Assembly: GCA_951406725.2 (NCBI GenBank)
Contig: OX597832.1
Span: 38,812,001-38,876,000 of the forward strand
Direction of reading: 5' to 3'
Source of the DNA: Octopus vulgaris
Lineage: Eukaryota
Length of the DNA: 64,000 nucleotides
The notes beneath the pieces are model-generated. The model was not told where the DNA came from. It ran no database searches and saw only the letters and a list, made by a program, of their open reading frames with translations. The position numbers and the translations under genes are program-made. Of the stretch, positions 59,061 through 64,000 are shown in pieces. Position 1 is the stretch's first letter; each line of letters starts with the position of its first letter.

Positions 59061-59860
59061 CATGTTCCTTCTTAGATGTTCCTTCTTAGTTAAAACGAAA
59101 TAACGTAAGCTCCCAGTGCAATGAGACCTTCAATTCTGTTACTCCCGGTTGTATAGATTATTAAGCAATTATACATATAGAAAAAAATGCAACAACTGTG
59201 GCTGAGTTCTCTTGAACTATCTTCCATAGAGTTTACACCCAACAAATTTCTCATGTATGGCCTTAAGCCAAGAGGTTATACTTGTTAAGTATTTTATTAG
59301 GGTGCTACACGATTGGGTTGCTCTCGAAACCATGTAATTACTAGGTTTTAATTCATTTAAATACTCTTCCCAAGCTTTCTTAGCTTTAACATAATTATTT
59401 AAACATATCTTTAACCAAACGAAGTTAGTTACACGTAAAATGGAGTATAAGAGATGTACAGGTTTCACAATAAAAGCCACAAGATGTAGTGTCATCGACA
59501 AAGATATGGAGTAAGTATTTCTTTGAGATATTTATTAAAATGATAATTATTAGTAGAAACTATATAAATACCAACTTCGCATATGGAAGACAATTTTCTT
59601 TCGTTTTTATTCAGTAATTCTTTTCTTTTCTTGTCACTGGGGCGCTTTAAAAATCTAACTCACGATCTTGTTGTCTCCTTACTCAGCCTTTTCTTTTATA
59701 ACAATATTATCTACTCTTCAAACTTAGCTGATTGTTTGCGACCAGCACCCAAGATTAACTGGCATTATGTAGTTTCCCTCGTCCTATTCTGTCCAATCCT
59801 GAACGTTGATCTTCTAGGATTCTTTGCACGTACATCTTTCCCCTGCAATCACCGACTTAC

Positions 59861-59915
59861 GCTTGATTGTGAAACTGCATCGCGCAGTCACCGCAGTCAT
59901 CAGTGTAGCTTTTAC
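59861..59915 (-). other. Candidate 55-bp exon
   Basis: Minus-strand acceptor ATTCACTCTACAG and donor GTAAGT. Two stop-free frames (GKSYTDDCGDCAMQFHNQ or VKATLMTAVTARCSFTIK). Confidence 0.2.
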
Positions 59916-60830
59916 CTGTAGAGTGAATCATTTATAAAACCAAACAAAAAAAATGCGTTGAACTCGTCCGAACCTTAATTTCTAATCGTAGCACATAGCC
60001 ACAAGTTTTCAGTGACAGTGTATAATCAATAGGATCGAATCTAGAGCTTGATTTGTCCTGAATGTATATCGATTTCGCAGAGAGGAGAGCAACATTTCGC
60101 ATCCGTAATAATAAAGTTAGGAACTGACATTATAGAATAAAAATCTCCAGGTGTAAGTTAACAGTTGCAATTTCCAGAAATATATCAGGATGGAAATGAA
60201 AGACTCGTAGTTTTATTGATAGTCTACAACAGTTTGGGGATTTCGTTAGAGTAGTACATCCAAAACTGCCTCAAGGTATTTGATAGATGTACGGCCAGCG
60301 TGAATATAATAACTATAGCCAGACAAGATTAGCGTAAGATAAAAACCGTTTAAAATCACTATTTGATCCCAGGAGGACATGACATCGACAGTTAGAACGA
60401 CACTTCCCCAATAAACCGTTCACAGGAAAGTGGACATAAAAGTTGGTGGACATTAAAGTAGAGTCGGCCAAATTTTATATATGGAGATACAATATACATG
60501 ACATCGTTAAAGCAAAAAAAACACAAGGTTGAAATGTATATATACATACAAATTAGTTGAATTAATGTAAATACGTTTTCATAGATAAGACAAGTGCGTA
60601 TAAATATATATATATGTGTGTGTGTGTGTGTATGTATGTGCGTGTTTGTGTAGGTGTGACTGTGTGTGTATGTGTGCGTGAGTGTTTGTGTGTCTTTGTG
60701 TGTGTGTGTGTGCGTGTGTGTGTGTTTGCCTCTGTGTGTGCACGGGTCTGCGTGTGTGTCTGTGTGTGTATACGTATTTGATAATTATGTATAGGCACGT
60801 TTAAACATACATATATGTATATAAATATGT

Positions 60831-60918
<88 letters not shown>

Positions 60919-61312
60919 GTATATAAATATATGTATATATGTATGTATATATTTAAACTATATATGTACATGCGTATGTAGTTGTGTGTGTGTGTGTATG
61001 CAGAGAGTGAGAAAAACAGCAACAAAAAACAGTGAAAGAGAAAGAGAGAGAGAGAGAGTTAACATTTTGTTATGTATATGTTGTCTCAATGAAATTTCAT
61101 CAGATAAATAATTTGATGGGTCCTATATCGATAGTCTTGTACAATTCCTGTATATACTGTCAACATTTCATTTCTAAAAGATATTGACGTTCAAATAACT
61201 CTATCATTATCTACTGAGACGATATTTTCGAAGCGAACGATATATTTGTATGGCACGAAACATTCACACACCTACATGTACACATACATACACAAACAAA
61301 AACATACACACA

Positions 61313-61370
<58 letters not shown>

Positions 61371-61768
61371 ATACATACGAACACAGGTATTCACAATCGT
61401 AAAATATGTTGCTTCATGTAAATGTATGTATATGTGTGTGTGAGTGTATATACAGAGAGAGAAAAGAAGAGGGGGAAAGATAGACAGATATAAAATATAA
61501 AATATATATACAATATATATATATGTACGTGTTTGAGTGTATATATGTGTTTATAAATATATGTATATGTACATGCATATATGTATGTATATTAACGATA
61601 ATTTCAAGTGTATTACATGGTTAATATTCTGAGGTCTCGGACAAGATGTCTTTATGAGCCAACTAAAATGTCGGCAAGTTCCAAATAATATTAATAGCGA
61701 TGTAAATGTGGAAACCTGTATATTAACAAACACTAAACTATTAAGTGTAAATATATGTATGTGTGTGT

Positions 61769-61843
<75 letters not shown>

Positions 61844-62048
61844 TATATATATATTCATATATATATAAACATACATATATATATATATACATATATACAT
61901 AATCATACATATATATAAACATATATATATGTATATACAGATATATATATATATATGAATGTATATATATATATTATATATATATATATATATACATATA
62001 AATATATGTATATATATTAATATATATATGTAGATATGCGTGTGTCTG

Positions 62049-62103
<55 letters not shown>

Positions 62104-62419
62104 TTGCAGTGAAACAAAATATTTTGAGTGCAACATTATGTTTTTACAGAGTTTAATTGTTTAATTAACCTTAATGCCACTGAATGCCAGGTGAGGTGGG
62201 ATAAGGCAGTGACATGTTCTGCTCGGAAAGGAAATGCTTAATTCTGCGCAAAATACACTGAACCGCTTATTAGTGAACTCGCAATAAGAAATTTTATATC
62301 GGTTAAAATTTATCTCAGTAGTGAATGAAATATTTACCAATTTAATTAATAATTCCGGTCAAAAACGACAGGAAGGATAAGAGATATATTGTATTTCATC
62401 ATCCCTAATTATTGATCTC

Positions 62420-62630
62420 AATGCGTGGTAGAAGGCCAGCAAGTTCGAAGGAAGGAGGTATGTCGATTACAGCGACCCCAGTGGTGAACTGGTAGCTATC
62501 TTACCGACTCTGAAAGGAAAAAAGTCAAATCCGTGCTCGGCAGAATTTGATCTTAGAACATAAAGACAGACGAAATGCCGCGAAGCATTTTACCTGATGT
62601 GCTTTCGATTCAGCCACTTCGCCGCCTTAA
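62420..62630 (-). mobile_element. SINE family C, degenerate
   Basis: GTCGATTACAGCGACCCCAGT...GACGAAATGCCGCGAAGCATTT...TCGCCGCCTT. Confidence 0.7.
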
Positions 62631-63228
62631 TCGTCCCTGATTATTAAGAAATCGGAGTGATGTGCGCAAGCATTGCTGAGTGTTTAAAGAGCTCGCTTTA
62701 AAATCACCCGGTTTCCGTTTCAGTTCCATTGCGCATGCCACTACATCCCCGGACCGATCAATACCTCGGTAAACGGAAGCCGGTAATTTGGCGTGGAAAG
62801 CCCGTTCAATTTATCTACATACAAATAGATGTGTGTGTGTGTGTGTGTCTGTATGTTTGTCTTCTCGCCACCACTGCTCGACAACCTGTGTTGGTTTGTT
62901 TATGTCGTTGTAAGTTAGCATAAGTTCCAGACTTTAAAAGATATATAAGTATTGCAGTTGATGTTTTCTTCGTATACACGCTTTGAGGTGGTATCTCGGC
63001 ACGGTCGCAGTTCAATGACTGAAACGAGGAATGGAACAGCAAGAAAGTGCGTCTGGTCTTTGAAGTGTGAAGCGATAAATCCGGATGGCTTGGTCTTATC
63101 GATTGTAATCGTGTAATAAAATAAATATGTGTGCGGGCTTAGCCGTATGGTTACCTCGTTTTAACTGAATCTACTTGACTCTTTTAAACCCAGAAACCAC
63201 TGGCGCTATCCCATACATCTTTTGTTTA

Positions 63229-63406
63229 GGCACAGGCGTGGCTGTGTGGTAAGAAGCTTATTTCCCAATGGCATGGTTCCGGCTTCAATCCCACTGCGTG
63301 ACACTTTGGGCATTTATCTTCTACTATTGCCTCGAGCCGACCAAACACTTGTGAGTGAATTTGGCAGGCGAAAACTGAAAGAAGCCCGTCACATATATAT
63401 GCATGT

Positions 63407-63463
<57 letters not shown>

Positions 63464-63668
63464 TTTCTCTCTCGGCTTGACAACCAATGTTAGTGCATTT
63501 ATGACCCCGTAAGCTAGCGGTTCGGCAAAGTGACTGATAAAATAAGTGCGAGATTAAAGTAAAAGAAAAAAATTAACTTTGGCGTCGATTCATTCGATTA
63601 AAATTATTCAAGGCGGTGCACCAGCATGGCCACAGTCTAGTGACTGAAACAAGTAATGGATAAAAGAA
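63229..63668 (+). mobile_element. SINE family A, full length, diverged
   Basis: Runs from the GTGGCTGTGTGGTAAG head to the CCAGCATGGCCACAGTC...GAAACAAGT tail. Confidence 0.85.
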
Positions 63669-63754
63669 GTAATGGGAGTGAACATGTTTTGTAAGCGGTG
63701 ACATACTTGGGTGTGTATTTTTTGTCTTTGGACTGCGGCCATGCTGGGGGAAAG

Positions 63755-64000
63755 ACGGACATCTTGGAGATTTGGTTGCAGTTGTTTGCAAATGTTCCAC
63801 GTCGTTCAGCCTGGTCATTGATCAATTCATGAGGAACTTTTTGACACGTCTGTTCACAAGGCTGAGCTTATAGTGGTGGAGATTGATGGTAATTTGTCGA
63901 TAATGTACGAGAGTTTTCAACCATTACAAACAAGACCTCAATTTCCACAACTGAAGGTCTCAGTGACCTCGGTTTGTTTCAAGACTCATGTCACCTTCCT
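63755..64000 (-). mobile_element. Mariner transposase fragment at the window edge
   Basis: The minus strand gives DMSLE...RPSVVEIEVL...VPHELINDQAERR (compare WVPHEL). Confidence 0.6.

Overview
Eukaryotic, AT-rich, microsatellite-saturated non-coding DNA. The SINE families and repeat landscape point to an octopod cephalopod (inference). No intact multi-exon gene is visible, and nearly all ORFs in the track are translated microsatellites. The window holds: three tRNA-derived SINE families in many copies, some nested or with long target-site duplications; decayed DNA transposons (mariner/Tc1, maT/DD37D, hAT, piggyBac-like, MITEs); Penelope-like (GIY-YIG) remnants; a Dong/R4-type RLE LINE inside (TAA)n; and an L1/Tx1-type LINE inside (GATA)n. 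The most notable signal is a set of minimal type I hammerhead ribozyme motifs. It includes a 354-bp tandem unit with one hammerhead per unit and a shared U4C core variant (retrozyme or Penelope pseudo-LTR-like), and a short hammerhead-bearing family flanked by microsatellites. There is also a 296-bp near-perfect palindrome and two isolated candidate exons.
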